DNA of 64,000 nucleotides from Eledone cirrhosa (Eukaryota): assembly GCA_964016885.1 (NCBI GenBank), contig OZ024740.1, positions 283,030,001 through 283,094,000 of the forward strand, written 5' to 3'. A program made the translations under genes and the position numbers. Shown in pieces: positions 39,645 through 53,869 of the stretch. Numbering within the stretch: the stretch's first letter is position 1; each line of letters opens with the position of its first letter. The notes below the pieces were generated by a model. It saw only the letters and a program-made list of their open reading frames with translations, ran no database searches and had not been told where the DNA came from.

Positions 39645-41895
39645 GTATATCTATCTATCCATGGCGGGTAAAATTATCAAGATCCATGTATGAGTTCTCT
39701 CCGGCGGTGTCTGTCCTTCATCTTCGCCGCTATGTATCGCGTCTTCCTGAGACCAGTGTCTGGCCTTAGGGCATCAACACCTGTTAACATTGGTCCCTCT
39801 CTTCCATTGTGTCCGTGTAGGGACCCCTGCAGGACCACATATAGCAGTGTCAGCTCTGAATGTCGGTAAACCTGTCAAATTCGAACTGATATTTAGGAGG
39901 CTTCTGTATAGCTCAGATTACTTCATCGTCAGTACGTAATGATTAATGTTCTGAACCATTCTCAGCTTCTTCATGTAGCCCACATCCACTATCTGAGTGA
40001 GTCATTTGGTAGTGTCCAAATCTCAGATCTGTACAGCAGCACAAACTCCACTGTAACGGCGAACAGACGGGTCTTCAGGTCTTTATGAAGGCCCAACTTT
40101 CACACTGAACTCAGACTGTGACACGCCGCCCAGGTTTTGTTCTTCCTCTTTACTACATCATTCTGTGTTCCTATTCTTTGTTCCCAGATGCAGGAATTCC
40201 TCAACCAACTCTAGCGGCTTCCCGCCTACATTCATAATCTTCACTGGCTTCTTAATGTTCTTCACCAGATACATCGTTTTACTCTTATTCATTCTCAGCT
40301 CCACACCCATCACCACAGTCTCCCCCTCCCGCACGAACTCCTCTGCCTCCTTCACTGTGGTTGTCACCAGAGCTATGTCGTCAGCAAATTCAGCATCTGA
40401 TATATCGTTACCCTTAACTCTCGTGCTCTGAGTCGGTGTTTCAGCGAAACCCGAGTCCTGCTGTTTCTCCGGTGTAAGGCGCATACAATAGTTTACTGCT
40501 ATGATGAATATGTAGGGGGCCAATATATCTCAAAGAATTCTGTCATCCCTTCAAGTTTTGATGACTTGGGCTCTGGTATTGGTGTAGAGTGGTGATATCA
40601 AGTCTGCTATCTTCTTGGGGATTCCATAAGCTTGTAAGATCTTCATCGGGCAGTCTTGGTCCACAGAATCAAATTCCTTCCTGATGTCAATGGCAAGAGT
40701 ATGCAAATGACCAAGTCCCAGATTGATTTCATTCTGGTGGGGAGGTAGTGGCCCTATAGTGTTCTGAACACAGAACACTCCAGTTATTTGAGTACACTCG
40801 GAAGTGACCACCGGCTTCTTATCAGTGAGGTCCAGATAAGTTTAAGAAAGGGTAAGACTAAACCCCGGAGAGCTATCTATGACTGGGGAGCTTTTAAGCA
40901 AGATGATAATTTACCGGAGAGGTTCACACTAGAGGTGAGAAACAGGTTCAATGTTCTATGCAGAGAGAGAGAGAATGTGGGGACTGAAGAAAGTGTGACG
41001 ATGAGGTACGGGTACTTCACCACTTTAGAGGCGGACACAACTGGAGACCGGGAGTTGAGAAGAGAGAGGAAGAAGAGCGATGACGACTCTGCAGACCCAA
41101 ACGTGCTTGCAGCAAGAAAACATTTGAGAGGTGCCAAGGTCCAATTCCATGCTGATACTACGGAGGAGAAGAAGAACAATAGGGTGGGACTCTATGTCGC
41201 TTACACTGAGGTCAGAGAGGAAGAGCTGATGCAGAAGATTAGGAGGGGTGTAGAGAGAGCGGTGGACAGGTGTAAATGTAAAGAGAGCTGGACGATTATC
41301 AACGAGATCACAGGGAGGAAGAGAGGGATTTTGGGTCAGATCCGGGGAACAGGGCCCGAGCATAGGAAGAGGATGTGTCGGAATCATTTTAAGACCCTAC
41401 TACGAGAGCCACATTTCACACCCCAGAGGGTGTGAAATGTGGCTCTCGTAGTAGGGGGATCAGGAGGCTATTCGAGGAACTGGATATTGAGACAGGACCC
41501 CTCAGGACAAAGGTGCTTCAGAGAGTCAAGGAGAAGATCAAGAAGGGTAAGGCCCATAGACAAGACGGCGTGGCATGAGAGGTGATGAAGAGATTTGATT
41601 ATATTATCCGGGGTTTCTGTAATCAGGAACTGGAGAAATGAGTTGCCCCAAATCAGTAGAGGATCACTAACATCGTCCTAGTACCAAAGAAGGAGATCTC
41701 TCTGACACCATCAACTACAGCAGCATCACCCTGACATTACCTGTGACAAAGCCACTCGCTGGGATGATTCTTAACAGGATCCAGCCCGAGATGAAGGAGA
41801 AGATCAGGGACGATCAATACGGTTTCAGGGAGTGGGGATCAACCACCTGCCACATCTTGGTTCTGAGGAGAATTCTATTGGGAGCTGGAGCAAAT
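39645..41895 (-). pseudogene. RTE-like LINE relic with a 5' inversion
   Basis: Minus 39645-40715: 'IDIRKEFDSV', 'APYIFII', 'EFADDIAL', 'FLHLG'. Plus 40760-41895: APE end 'GSDH', linker, 'VPKK', '[20 protein letters not shown]'. Confidence 0.8.
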
Positions 41896-42016
41896 ATGTA
41901 TATATGTATATATGTATATATGTATATATATACATATCGCATATATACAAATATACATACATATGTATGTATATATGTATATATGCATAGTAAAGTGTAC
42001 AACCCCCCAACATAGA

Positions 42017-42520
<504 letters not shown>

Positions 42521-42934
42521 TATATATATATATATATATACATATAGTAATACAATTAATTTGAAGACTAAAATCCAAAGAGGGCTTGATAAGGATAAAT
42601 ATATATCAAATATATAAGAACCGTAGAACAAAAATGTATTAAAATAACAGATTAAAGTTTAAGCAAAGAATCGCTGCTTTCACTCTTAACGGGATCTTCT
42701 GAAACTAAAAAAATCAAATGTGAACGCAGAAGTAAATATTTCGAAAAACGTTGCAACCGAGGGAAGACAGGAAGACGATACTTTGGTTCGTGGAAATGTT
42801 TCCTGGCAAAGAACGGAAAAAAACTAAGATAATACGTCATTATTTGTATCCGTGAAAACAGTTACACGCAAAGACCAAACCACGTTTATGGTATTGGCTC
42901 CCTTGGTTGAGCACTCTATTGACTTATATTCATC

Positions 42935-45054
42935 ATGCAGAAACAACATCTGAATATTTCTACAAAGAACATACCCGTACGAAGCAGGAAAACATACCTA
43001 AAACTCCTGATTCAGAAAACAGACGCGTTCATTAAAAGGTTGCGTTGGCGTGCCTTTTATTTCGATAATCAGGGAAAAGCTGACAACAAACAGGATAAAT
43101 TTGGGTTTAAAACCTACAATAACCCTCTGAGTAATCCAGCATTGCTACCCTTCGAAAAATGATGTCTTGGAACTCATAGGGAGTATCAAATTTCGAAATA
43201 GGAGCAATTCCTTCCAGCAGGACCTGAAGGATAGAATTCGTTCTATTAAGGATTCTAATGCCGTGCACGTCCACTCCGACAAAACTGGCAATCTATATCG
43301 AGTGGAGCGCAGTACTTACCATCAACTGATATAATGCTGTAACTAAGGATTACCGTAAAACTAATCGGAGCGTCATTAATGACATCAATGATGCTGGGTT
43401 TAAAATCACCTCTGATCTCAACATCCAGTACCGGACTGAACCTCTGGACCCTATCCCCCCCCCCCCAATTTACCCTGAAGGATCACAAATCCAATTTCCC
43501 GAACAACCCCTCTATTCGTCTTATTAACCCTACAAAGTCCGATTTAGGTACACTTAGTAAAAGGAATTTAGATAGAATTATACCTGAAATTAGAAGTTTG
43601 GCCCCTCTTGCACTGTGGAAGAATTCTTTCGCGGTCATTGATTTGTTCAACGGCATATGCAACAAGGAACATTGCCGTTTTATCCAATTCGACATCAATA
43701 ATTACTACTCCTCCATTACTTTACCACTTCTCCTTAGAGCTATCAATTTCGCTAAAACACTCACAGTGGTTAAGGATTTCGAAGTTGATGTCATCCTCAA
43801 TGCCAGTAAGTCGGTGATTAATTTGGACGACTCTATTTGGATTGAAAAATCTAATAGTACCCCATTCGACGTGAGTATGGGCGCCACCGATTCTGCGGAG
43901 GTTACTGATCTTATCGGCATTTCCCTTCTTTTCTCTATCAAGGAAGAATTCCCCAACGTGGGCGGTGGTTTGTACCGTGATGACGGTCTTTTGACCATGA
44001 CAAACTGTGGCGCACGTGCTTGCGACAGGTTCAGAAAAGAACTCACAGCATTCTTTAAAGGCTTCAACCTCTCCATACAGGTTGACGCCAACCTCTCGGT
44101 CGTTATTTACTTTGACGTTACCCTCAATTTGTCGAATGGCTTGCACTACCCGTATAGAAAGAGGAATGATACGCTTAATTACATAAGTAAGCATTCTAAC
44201 CATCCTGCCAGCATAACCAAGAACCTCGTAAGAAACGTTTCTTTGAGGCTTTTCCGTCTATCTACAAACGAGCATATTTTCACCGATCATTCCACATATT
44301 ACAATGAAGCACTTGCTCGGAGTGGATTTGTCGATAAGGTAGCATATACAGAGTATGAGAATAGACCTAGGAAAAATAGATCCCAAAGCATTATATGGTA
44401 TAACCCAGCATATAATATGGAGGTGGCCACACCATTAGCTAATATCTTTCTCTCCCTTATTATGAAGCATTTTCCCCCAGCACATAAATATAGTAACATT
44501 TTTAATAGAAATACTATTAAAATTTCTTGCTCTACGACTCCTAACCTTGCACATAACATCACAGCTTCAAATTACCTAGCCGTAGGAACACGTCCAGCCC
44601 TGTAGCTAGTACTAACTGGAATTGTAGGAATCGGATTGACTGCCCCCTATCCGGGAAATACCTCTCTACAAATGTAAGGTTGGAACACCCACGTCCGTAG
44701 GGCCTACATAGGGCCAACATAGGGTTAACCCCCAATAGATTCAAGCAGCATCTTTACATGCATACCCATTCTTTTTTTAACCCTTTAAGAAGGAATATGA
44801 CGTCAGTTTCAGCTTATATCTGGAGTCTAAAAGACAACTACACCCAATTTAAATTACACTGGGAGATCCTAGCTAGGGCTAGATCGCATAACGGAAATAA
44901 AAGACCATGTGACCTCTGCGCCGCTGAAGCCCTGGAAATACTCTACGCCAAAGACCACATCTTAAACAAACATTTTGAGGTAATTTCGGCTTGTAAACAT
45001 AAATTGCACAAAACTTTCCTGTATTACAGCCCCACATTATACCCTAACGGATAG
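42935..45054 (+). pseudogene. PLE reverse transcriptase + C-terminal GIY-YIG endonuclease (frameshifted)
   Basis: 'STKNIP', 'FIKRLRWRAFYF', 'SDKTGNLY', 'RLINPTKSDLG', 'FIQFDINNYYSSI', 'FDVSMGATDSAEV', 'GLYRDDGL', 'SNHP', 'IIWYNP', 'NCR..DCPLSGK', 'AYIG' and 'CDLCAAE..LNKHFE..ACKH'. I recognise this motif set as Naiad-clade PLE. Confidence 0.9.
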
Positions 45055-45720
45055 TACGAACTATACGCGGATATTTTACGTCTTGATGTGGTAGCTAAGT
45101 ATATGTTATGTTTATACCATTACTTATTTGTATAGGTAAGTATATATTACCTGTATGTTTTGTGAAAGTACGTATACTTTCTCGTACGTATATTTGCTTG
45201 TATATGTTATAGGCGTATATATTATATTATATATACTGGTACATGTGCATATGGTTATGTGTATACTTGAGTTTTGCGTCTGTGTTAATATGCGGGTTCG
45301 TACGTCTGTAGGGGGTGTATATATGTGTACTTTGTGTTTTGGTTGACGTAACTTTAGCGAACATATGTGTATTTACATGTAGGCATGTGTGCGCGCACGT
45401 TATATACGTATTTATGTGTGCATATTTTTATACGTTTAGATAATTATATGTATACACGCACACACACACACATATATATATTGTTTTTTATATATATAGT
45501 TATTTTTATTTGGTGTATACGTTCATATGGGTGCGGGTACAGGCGTTGTGTGGGTTCTGTATGTGCGTGCGTGTTTTTTTGTGTATGTGCCTGTATTTGC
45601 ATACCCATGGCGGGTCTTTTCGCGTATGTATGTGTATGTTGGTATATGGATGCGTGCATGTATATATTTAATTTTTGTTGATTTCAATTACTTCTGTAAT
45701 TTATTTACATTATTCTTAAG

Positions 45721-45910
45721 GGCGGTGGATTGGCAGTATCGGTAGAGGGTCGGACGCCATGCTTTGAAGTATAGAGTTACGGCCCTTGCCATTCTGAGTT
45801 CAAATTCCGCCTAGGTTAACTTTGCCTTTCATCCTTACTGGGTCGATAAAATAAAGTACCAGTAATGCACTGGGTAATTGCTGGCCTTGTGCCAAACGTA
45901 GAAACAATTA
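45721..45910 (+). mobile_element. tRNA-derived SINE inserted in the PLE 3' UTR, with TSD
   Basis: Flanked by the direct repeat attattcttaa. Confidence 0.85.
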
Positions 45911-46305
45911 TTCTTAACTCTGACGCCGAGAATCATTCGGTTTCCTAAATAGAATTTTAGTCTACGACTTCAGCTATACCATAAACGTTGTTTTGTCTTT
46001 GCGTGTAATTGTTATCAGCGGTCCACATAATGACGTATTATCTTCGTTTTTTCCGTTTATTGCCAGAGAACGTCTCCACGAACCACCTAATAGAATATTA
46101 GTCTACGACTTCATTTATACCATAAACGTGGTTTGGTCTTTGCGTGTAATTGTTTTCACCGCTCCAAATAATAACGTATTATGTTCGTTTTTTTCCGTTC
46201 TTTGCCAGGGAACGTTTCCACGAACCAAATTATCGTCTTATTGTCTTCCTTCGGTTGCAACGTTTTTCGAAATATTTACTTCTGCGTTCACAGATTGATT
46301 TTTTT

Positions 46306-46356
46306 AGTTTCAGAAGATCCCGTTAAGGGTGAAAGCAGCGATTATTTGCTTAAACT
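46306..46356 (+). ncRNA. PLE-terminal hammerhead, CAGAAGA core variant
   Basis: agttt-CAGAAGA-t-ccc(gttaa)ggg-t-GAA-agca...tgct-T-aaact; antisense copy at 42656-42706. Confidence 0.65.
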
Positions 46357-46421
46357 TTAATCTGTTATTTTAATAAATCTCTCTCTTTCTCCCCCCCCCC
46401 CCCTCTCTCTCTCTTTCTCTG

Positions 46422-46465
<44 letters not shown>

Positions 46466-46794
46466 AATAGATATACATATATATGTATATATGCATATAT
46501 GCATAGTTAAGTGTACACCCCCCCCCTATATATATATATATATACATAGAGATCTATGTGTGGAGGTGCGTGTGTGCATGTGGGCATGCTGTGCATAGAA
46601 GCGGCATACATCTAAAGCTTTATTAGTTTAGGAATTAATCTCCCAATAATGGTGTTCAATTAAACTTGAATAAGCTGTTGTATTGAACTTATATAATAGA
46701 GATTCCCATGACAAGCGCAGCCGACATTTACCTGACATAGGAACAAACAAGAGATTTAATAATATCGATTGTAAAACTGAGCAAAAGTGATACA

Positions 46795-47210
46795 CAACTA
46801 GTATCTAACTGGTAAATGAATAGTGTGTAACTGGTATAAAACGGATATATAACTGGTATGTAATTGATATATAACTGGTATACAGTTGATAAATAATTGC
46901 TATGTAATTGATAAATAAATTAGCATGAAACTGGTATATAACGCATATATAACTGGTATGTAATTGATAAATAACTGGTATGTAAATGGTAAATAAATAG
47001 TATGTAACTGGTATATTATGGATATATAACTGGTATACAATTGATAAATAGCAAGTATGTAACTGGTAAATACATTTCTAAATAACAGGTATGTAACTGG
47101 TAAATAAATGTAACTGGTAAATAATAATTAACTGGTATATAATAGATATATCACAGGCATTCAACTGATAAATAACTGGTTTGTAACTGGTAATTATATG
47201 ATGAATAACT
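46795..47210. repeat. Degenerate ~11-bp minisatellite (aactggtatgt/aactggtaaat)
   Basis: Recurrent AACTGGTA core at roughly 11/22-bp spacing. Confidence 0.75.
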
Positions 47211-47217
47211 GCTACAT

Positions 47218-47535
47218 AATCTCGGGTCCCAAATTATAGGGTGGGAGTGGGATAAACGGGGATGGTGGACATCTTAGATTCTTATATGCGGGTGTGGGGG
47301 TGGAATAAACGGGAGGAGGGGTGATCGATAATTTTATAATGTACGTTTCTAAATATGGGATTTCTTGGAATGTTTGTTTTTTTTGTTTGTCATATATAAT
47401 GGTTTTTGTTAATGTAAATTAAAATATGATACTTCAGCTGCTGTATGGATATGAATCACTTACAATAAAATTTCGTCAGATATAGATTAACAAAAGTTAA
47501 TAAGAAGGGGGAGGGGTATTTAAGACCTGAGAATA
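47218..47535. mobile_element. Putative MITE
   Basis: Imperfect TIRs tctcgggtcccaaat / atttaagacctgaga. Confidence 0.4.
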
Positions 47536-47767
47536 ACTGATAAGTAACTAATACATAAGCGATAAGTAGCAGATATATAACTAGATGTGTTGTGAATGTC
47601 TTTCCCAGAGGCTCTATCATGTTAAATTTCCAAATGGCCGTTTATACATTTTTATCTTAGAAAAATTATTTACACAAACTGATTTTAGTTATTATTGTCT
47701 TCATTGTTAGGTGCCAATGGTATTCAGAGCTTTTCTGGAACTTTCGAATTGAACGCCTTATTCAAAT

Positions 47768-47956
47768 AACTGTTTCTACTTTAGGCACAAGGCCAGCAAA
47801 TTACCCAGTGCATTACTGGTACTTTATTTTATCGACCCCGTAAGGATGAAAGGCAAAGTCAACCTCGGCGGGATTTGAACTCAGATCGTAAAGGGACGTA
47901 ACTATGCTGGAAAGCATGGCGTCCGACCCTCTACCGATACTGCCAATCCACCGCCT
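47768..47956 (-). mobile_element. tRNA-derived SINE with ~15-bp TSD
   Basis: Flanked by ccttattcaaataac on both sides. Confidence 0.9.
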
Positions 47957-49434
47957 TATTCAAATAACGGAGGTAGATTGTTGATAAACAGCAGATTTTC
48001 TTTTGGATAGGACTATAATATATCAACGGTTAATATATTTTCTAGACACATAATTTTGTGATTAAATAAAGTGAAGACAGAAACGTAAAATGGATGAAAT
48101 ACATGTTACTTTCTTGGCGACAACACCGATATTTCATTCATTGATTCTATCATTTATTTATCATTGTTTCCCAAATATATAGATCTAATCACGAATAATT
48201 AAACAAATAAAACGATAAGTTTGCTTCCTGAAAGAGATAATAGTTCAACTAATAAAATGGCTGAAATCATCACATCTCCAGACAGACTGCTAAGTGAACT
48301 GAGACAAGGCAATTATTAAAAAAACAAAATATACCAACAACTAGTTAATCAATTAAAAAAAAAAATAAACGATTTAAAACAGACGTTGGAATTATTTATA
48401 TGAATACTCGGCGGAGCAATAAATATAACGGGAAACCATAAAAAACTGTCAGAATTAAAAAGATGCTACAAAACAAAGCAAAAATTGAAAACCAAAAATT
48501 ACCGCTGGGTAAAAGATGGACTGATGAAACATATCAATTAATCTTTGGCGTCTTCATTTCAGTTCAAGTGAAAAATCGATGCGTAATCATTTAATTTTCA
48601 TATAAAAGTTCGCATATTACTTTTTTTAAAAATCAATTATTTGATGAAACACAATAGCGTACTCTCAAAGTTAACCATACCCTCGTTCTTTTCCGTGATA
48701 TTAAAAAACACATACATACATACACGCAGGTAAACAACATACATATATACACATAAACATATGTATTTATATGTACCAAACATACACACAACATATAAAC
48801 GCACATATACTGCACATACTCATACACGTATAATAAACATATTACAACACACACATACATAACACATACTATAAACATATGTTACACGCAACATACAAAT
48901 ACAACATACACATATACAACATACCACATACATAACGCACAAACATGTACACAACTGTAAACACACCACAGCGACATATATACACGTACATACGCACATA
49001 TAGATAACATTTATCATTATTTTATTGATTTCTTCACAGAAATATTGCCATAGATGTAGGAGAGGTTACGTAGAGAGGTAAAGTTTATGCCTGTCGCCTC
49101 AGCTTATTACCGATGGTTCAGCTTGATAGCAGTCAGACGTTGGAGCCTACATGCGATATTTTGGCTTACAAAATATAGCAGATATATCCCCCTCCATTTG
49201 CACCTATATTGGAAATGGAAGGAGACAGACACTTTGGATAATATAGTCGAAGATATGCAACTCCTAAAGGAAGGATTGCATGGATATAAATAAAACGCCT
49301 ATAATTATGTGTCTGCCGAACCGGAGATTGCCTGGAGCTAAAACCTATCAAAAACCGCCCACCACCACTATCAACAACAATAAAACCAAGAACACTAACA
49401 ACCAAAATAATGATTTCTAGTAATTAGATCTACC

Positions 49435-49781
49435 GCAGTATATTACTGGTAATTTATTTTATCGATCCCGAATGGATGAAAGGCAAAGTTAACCTCGGCG
49501 AGGTTTGAACTCAAACCGTAAAGGGCCATAGCTCTATGCTGCAAAGTATGGTGTCCGATTCTCTACCGATACTGCCAATCCACCACCCTTAATTATTTCT
49601 ACGTTTGGCACAAGGCCAGAAATTATACCAGTGTATAACTGGTACTTTATTTTATCGACCCCGAATGGATGGAAAGCAAAGTTAACTTCGGCGGGATTTG
49701 AACTCAGACCATAAAGGGCCGTAACTCTTCGCTGCAAAGCATGGCGTCCGACTCTCTACCGATACTGCCAATCCACCGCCC
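49435..49781 (-). mobile_element. Two tandem SINE copies
   Basis: Family copies at ~49435-49590 and ~49593-49781. Confidence 0.85.
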
Positions 49782-50462
49782 TACTAACAACCAAAATAAT
49801 AAGAACAATAACCATAACCTGGACAAGAACTACCACAAAACCACCACTACCACTGCCACTGCCACTATTACAATGACTAAGACAGCTACAATCAAACCCA
49901 CCATCACAAAAACTTCAGCAAACATACAAATGAAAGCCCCGCCCCGTCTTTCATAACTACCATGTCAGGAATAACAACAAAAAACAACCACAACACACTT
50001 AATGTTATTGATATAAAGAAAAACAAATATGTCTTCGACAATTTCAGATTCACTAACTCTGTTACAGATTCGCTTATTTGCTCTATATTTATTATTGTGG
50101 ACTTAAAATGGCAGAGTGGTAAGAGGTTTCTTTCGCAATTAAGAACTCCATGTTTACGCAAACTGTCTGAAAACTTGTGCAAGTATCTTTTACCACAAAT
50201 TCGGGTCCACATAATTCTTGTGAGTAAATTGGTTAGAGGGATTTGTTTGGAAGCCAGCTGAATAGATTTTAGCTGTAATCGTAAGAGATATATTTGTCAC
50301 AATCTGTACAACACTGAATCTTTGAGGCGTATGTTAAAGTTACGAGTGTCTCTAGAATATTGAAAATATGTAACAATAATTTGACGACAAGGCTGTTCCG
50401 TTAATCGAACAAGTGGAACACATAGTCGAAAGCGATGGAGGTCCATTCTATTTCATATTCAT

Positions 50463-50645
50463 TGGATTGGCAGTATCAGTAGAGAGTCGGACGCCATGAT
50501 TTCCAGCATAGTTACGTCCCTTTACGGTCTGAGTTCAAATCCCGCTGAGGTTAACTTTGCCTTTCATCCTAACGGGGTCGATACAATAAAGTACCAGTAA
50601 TGTACTGGGTATTTGCTGGCCTTGTGCCAAAAGTAGAAACAATTA
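50463..50645 (+). mobile_element. tRNA-derived SINE
   Basis: Family copy. Confidence 0.85.
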
Positions 50646-51015
50646 TTAAAACATTGATGTACGGTAATTAACTACAGAGACACTAATTCGGAGATGAGAA
50701 ACTACCCAGCTGCGACTTTCATGCTTTTTCCCAAGAGCAATAGCAGTGTCAATTATGTAAAAATGGCTGCCATCAACCTGAAAATACAAGAAGATAATAC
50801 CTTACATCGCGGTTTACGTCACACTCTACTATTAATTTATTAATCAGTTTAACTACTTGTCGTTTTATGAATGAAATATACCATTATCTGTTCTATCCCC
50901 ATCTGGTTTCTACATTGCACAATTGTTATGTTAGTTTAAATGTTTACATTCGTCTTTATCTCTCTCTCTCTCTGCACACGCACATATACAGACAGACTCT
51001 CACACACACACAAAT

Positions 51016-51201
<186 letters not shown>

Positions 51202-51204
51202 ATA

Positions 51205-52234
51205 TAAAGAATTAGTATATCTAGTAACACACAGATGCATACTTATGCTAGCGAATATATAGGTTTTGTCTTAGTAACTTTGTGGTTCAATGCAAGGGGT
51301 TGCAGAACAATAATATGAGAGACGTAAAATAAGAAAATTATAAAATTAACTTACTTACTAAAATTTTACTCCCAACTAATTAGTTTCTGAAAGGGAATAA
51401 ACATACTTTCCGAAGAAGTGTACAGAGAAGCCTTTCGTCATCAGGGAAGTCTATTCTCAGCTAAGTTTCCAGGCAATACGTGGACACTGGGAACTTATAC
51501 AAAAATAATTCAGTGGATAGAAAAAAGCAAAGCGTGGACTAAAATCCTAGCCATTGAGAAAATCACTGCCTACTGCGTCGGTGGCAAATTCAAAAGAATC
51601 AATCACGTGACATCGAGGTCAATCAGTGGAAAGTGGTTTGTTAAGAAGACAGCAGCCTGACTGTTACCATAGCAGCAGTCTTGGCCAATTTTGCTCGACA
51701 AATAATTTGGAGATAATTATAAAGAATTAGTATATCTAGTAACATATATGTACACACAGATGCATACTTATGCTAGCAAATATATAGGTTTTGTCTTAGT
51801 AACTTTGTGGTTCAATGCAAGGGGTTGCAGAACAATAATATGAGAGACGTAAAATAAGAAAATTATAAAATTAACTTACTTACTAAAATTTCACTCCCAA
51901 CTAATTGTCTTCTTAACAAACCACTTTCCACTGATTGACCTCGATGTCACGTGATTGATTCTTTTGAATTTGCCACCGACGCAGTAGGCAGTGATTTTCT
52001 CAGTGGCTAGGATTTTAGTCCACGCTTTGCTTTTTTCTATCCACTGAATTATTTTTGTATAAGTTCCCAGTGTCCACGTATTGCCTGGAAACTTAGCTGA
52101 GAATAGACTTCCCTGATGACGAAAGGCTTCTCTGTACACTTCTTCGGAAAGTATGTTTATTCCCTTTCAGAAACTAATTAGTTGGGAGTGAAATTTTAGT
52201 AAGTAAGTTAATTTTATAATTTTCTTATTTTACG

Positions 52235-52240
<6 letters not shown>
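51205..52240. mobile_element. Family B retrozyme-like element (~515-bp unit; partial tandem plus inversion)
   Basis: Unit start is repeated at 51206 and 51721; inversion junction at ~51907. HHRs at 51368-51450 (-) and 52107-52189 (+). Confidence 0.85.
52107..52189 (+). ncRNA. Type I hammerhead ribozyme with extended helix II (family B)
   Basis: acttcc-CTGATGA-c-gaaagg...cctttc-a-GAAAC-taatta-GTT-gggagt. Confidence 0.85.
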
Positions 52241-52305
<65 letters not shown>

Positions 52306-52390
52306 TTCCCATTACCCACTCTACTAACTTAAGTATTGAGTACTCTGGTGCGTTATGGTCCATCTGGTTTCTTACCACAACTCCTTCGTT

Positions 52391-52428
<38 letters not shown>

Positions 52429-52438
52429 ACATGTCGGG

Positions 52439-52530
52439 ACCTCGACAGCTGACCTCGTGTCGTTTCAACCGCTAGTTCCAGACTGACTGCCGGAGGTTTG
52501 GGCAGTTGACTTGCTGTATCATCAGGAGTT
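52439..52530 (-). ncRNA. Probable hammerhead with extended helix II
   Basis: Minus strand: ctc-CTGATGA-...actgcc/ggcagt hairpin...-GAAAC...GTC-gag. Confidence 0.5.
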
Positions 52531-52844
52531 GTGGTTTTTCCAAATAAAAACATACATTATTAATCCAATTGTAAATTTTCTTCACATATGTATTTATTTT
52601 TATATGGTTAGTGAGTGGTTGTGTGTGTAGATATGTGGCTTCTTCGATGTGTATTTGTATGTGTGCGTCTATGTGCGCATCCAATTGTATCTGCCTGGTG
52701 AACTTGAGATAGAATAATCATAATACTTATGTGAAGAGAAACTACATTCGGATAATCAATGTATGCCCTTATTTGGACAGATCACACTCCCTGATAATAC
52801 AGCCAGTTAATCGCCAAATCCTTCGGCAATCAGTCTGGAGCTAG

Positions 52845-53184
52845 CAGTGTATCCCTGGTATTCGCGGAATTTTCCTTAGACATTTAACTAATAATTGTTC
52901 GCGGAAGCCACTTCATGTTCGCGGAATCGTAAATATCTTCCGCCCTTTTTTAATGGCTTTTTTTCGTGACAATATATATTTTTATAACGCCAAATTATTA
53001 ATAACTACATACCGGCCTATTGGACGCCCCTTTGCATAAGATGGTCCCTCTTTTTTTAAATTATATTTTACGTTATATTTTGACGTTTATAAGCATTTTT
53101 ATGGAGAGTGTCCAACACTCGCGATTTTTCACTCTGAGCGGGTGCCCTAATAACGTATCACCCGCGAATAACGGAGGACAACTG
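52845..53184. mobile_element. pogo/Tigger-like MITE relic
   Basis: Imperfect TIRs cagtgtatccctggtattcgcgg / ccgcgaataacggaggacaactg-ta. Confidence 0.55.
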
Positions 53185-53792
53185 TATATATATAAACTAG
53201 CAAAATAGGGTGAGAAGTAGTTTGATATTGAACAGAGTGTTTGTCAATGCTAAGAAAATGCACTCTGTATTAAGAGAATATTTCATAATTTAAATGAATA
53301 ATTATGATATAGCTAATATTATATAGCTAATTTAATACACGATTAAGTAAAAATGAATAAGGTTTGAAAGTGTTGAACAAAATATATTTTAAAATTTACG
53401 TTTTGTTGTCTGGGAAGAGCATAAGATCTCGGCAAGGCCTGCTGTGAGGAGGGGACAATTAAACTCATAGCTGAGACCTGGTGTTTATTGTTTGCAACAG
53501 AGTGGGCCTATTTAAAGGGACCCAAGGGCCAGATATTGGTCTTAAAGCAGATAACGGATTACATCTGCCATCCAATTGTAATATACATATATTTGAAATT
53601 CGGTTTTATTTCCAATGACAAATCAGAGAATGCCTGTGTTTGTCATATGAAGTGTACAATAAATCCTTTGAAGTTGAAAATCACCTTCAAATGATGCATT
53701 TCAGACATGGGAAAGAAATATTTTTAATTTTTAAGATATTGAATAAAAGGTTTGGCAAACATCCAAACTTAATATTATAAGAACGCTACTTA

Positions 53793-53869
<77 letters not shown>

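Larger units (their letters stand above)
42541..46377 (+). mobile_element. Naiad-type Penelope-like retroelement with inverted 5' pseudo-LTR
   Basis: 42637-42893 is the reverse complement of 46118-46375. RT-GIY-YIG ORF lies between; 3' HHR present; (TA)n at the left end. Confidence 0.85.

Noticed and set aside
44600-45054. Selenocysteine recoding in the Naiad ORF (reported for some Naiads)
   Set aside because: The altered Cys positions in the knuckle are TGG and TAC, not TGA. The TGA at 43160 results from a frameshift, and I saw no clear SECIS.
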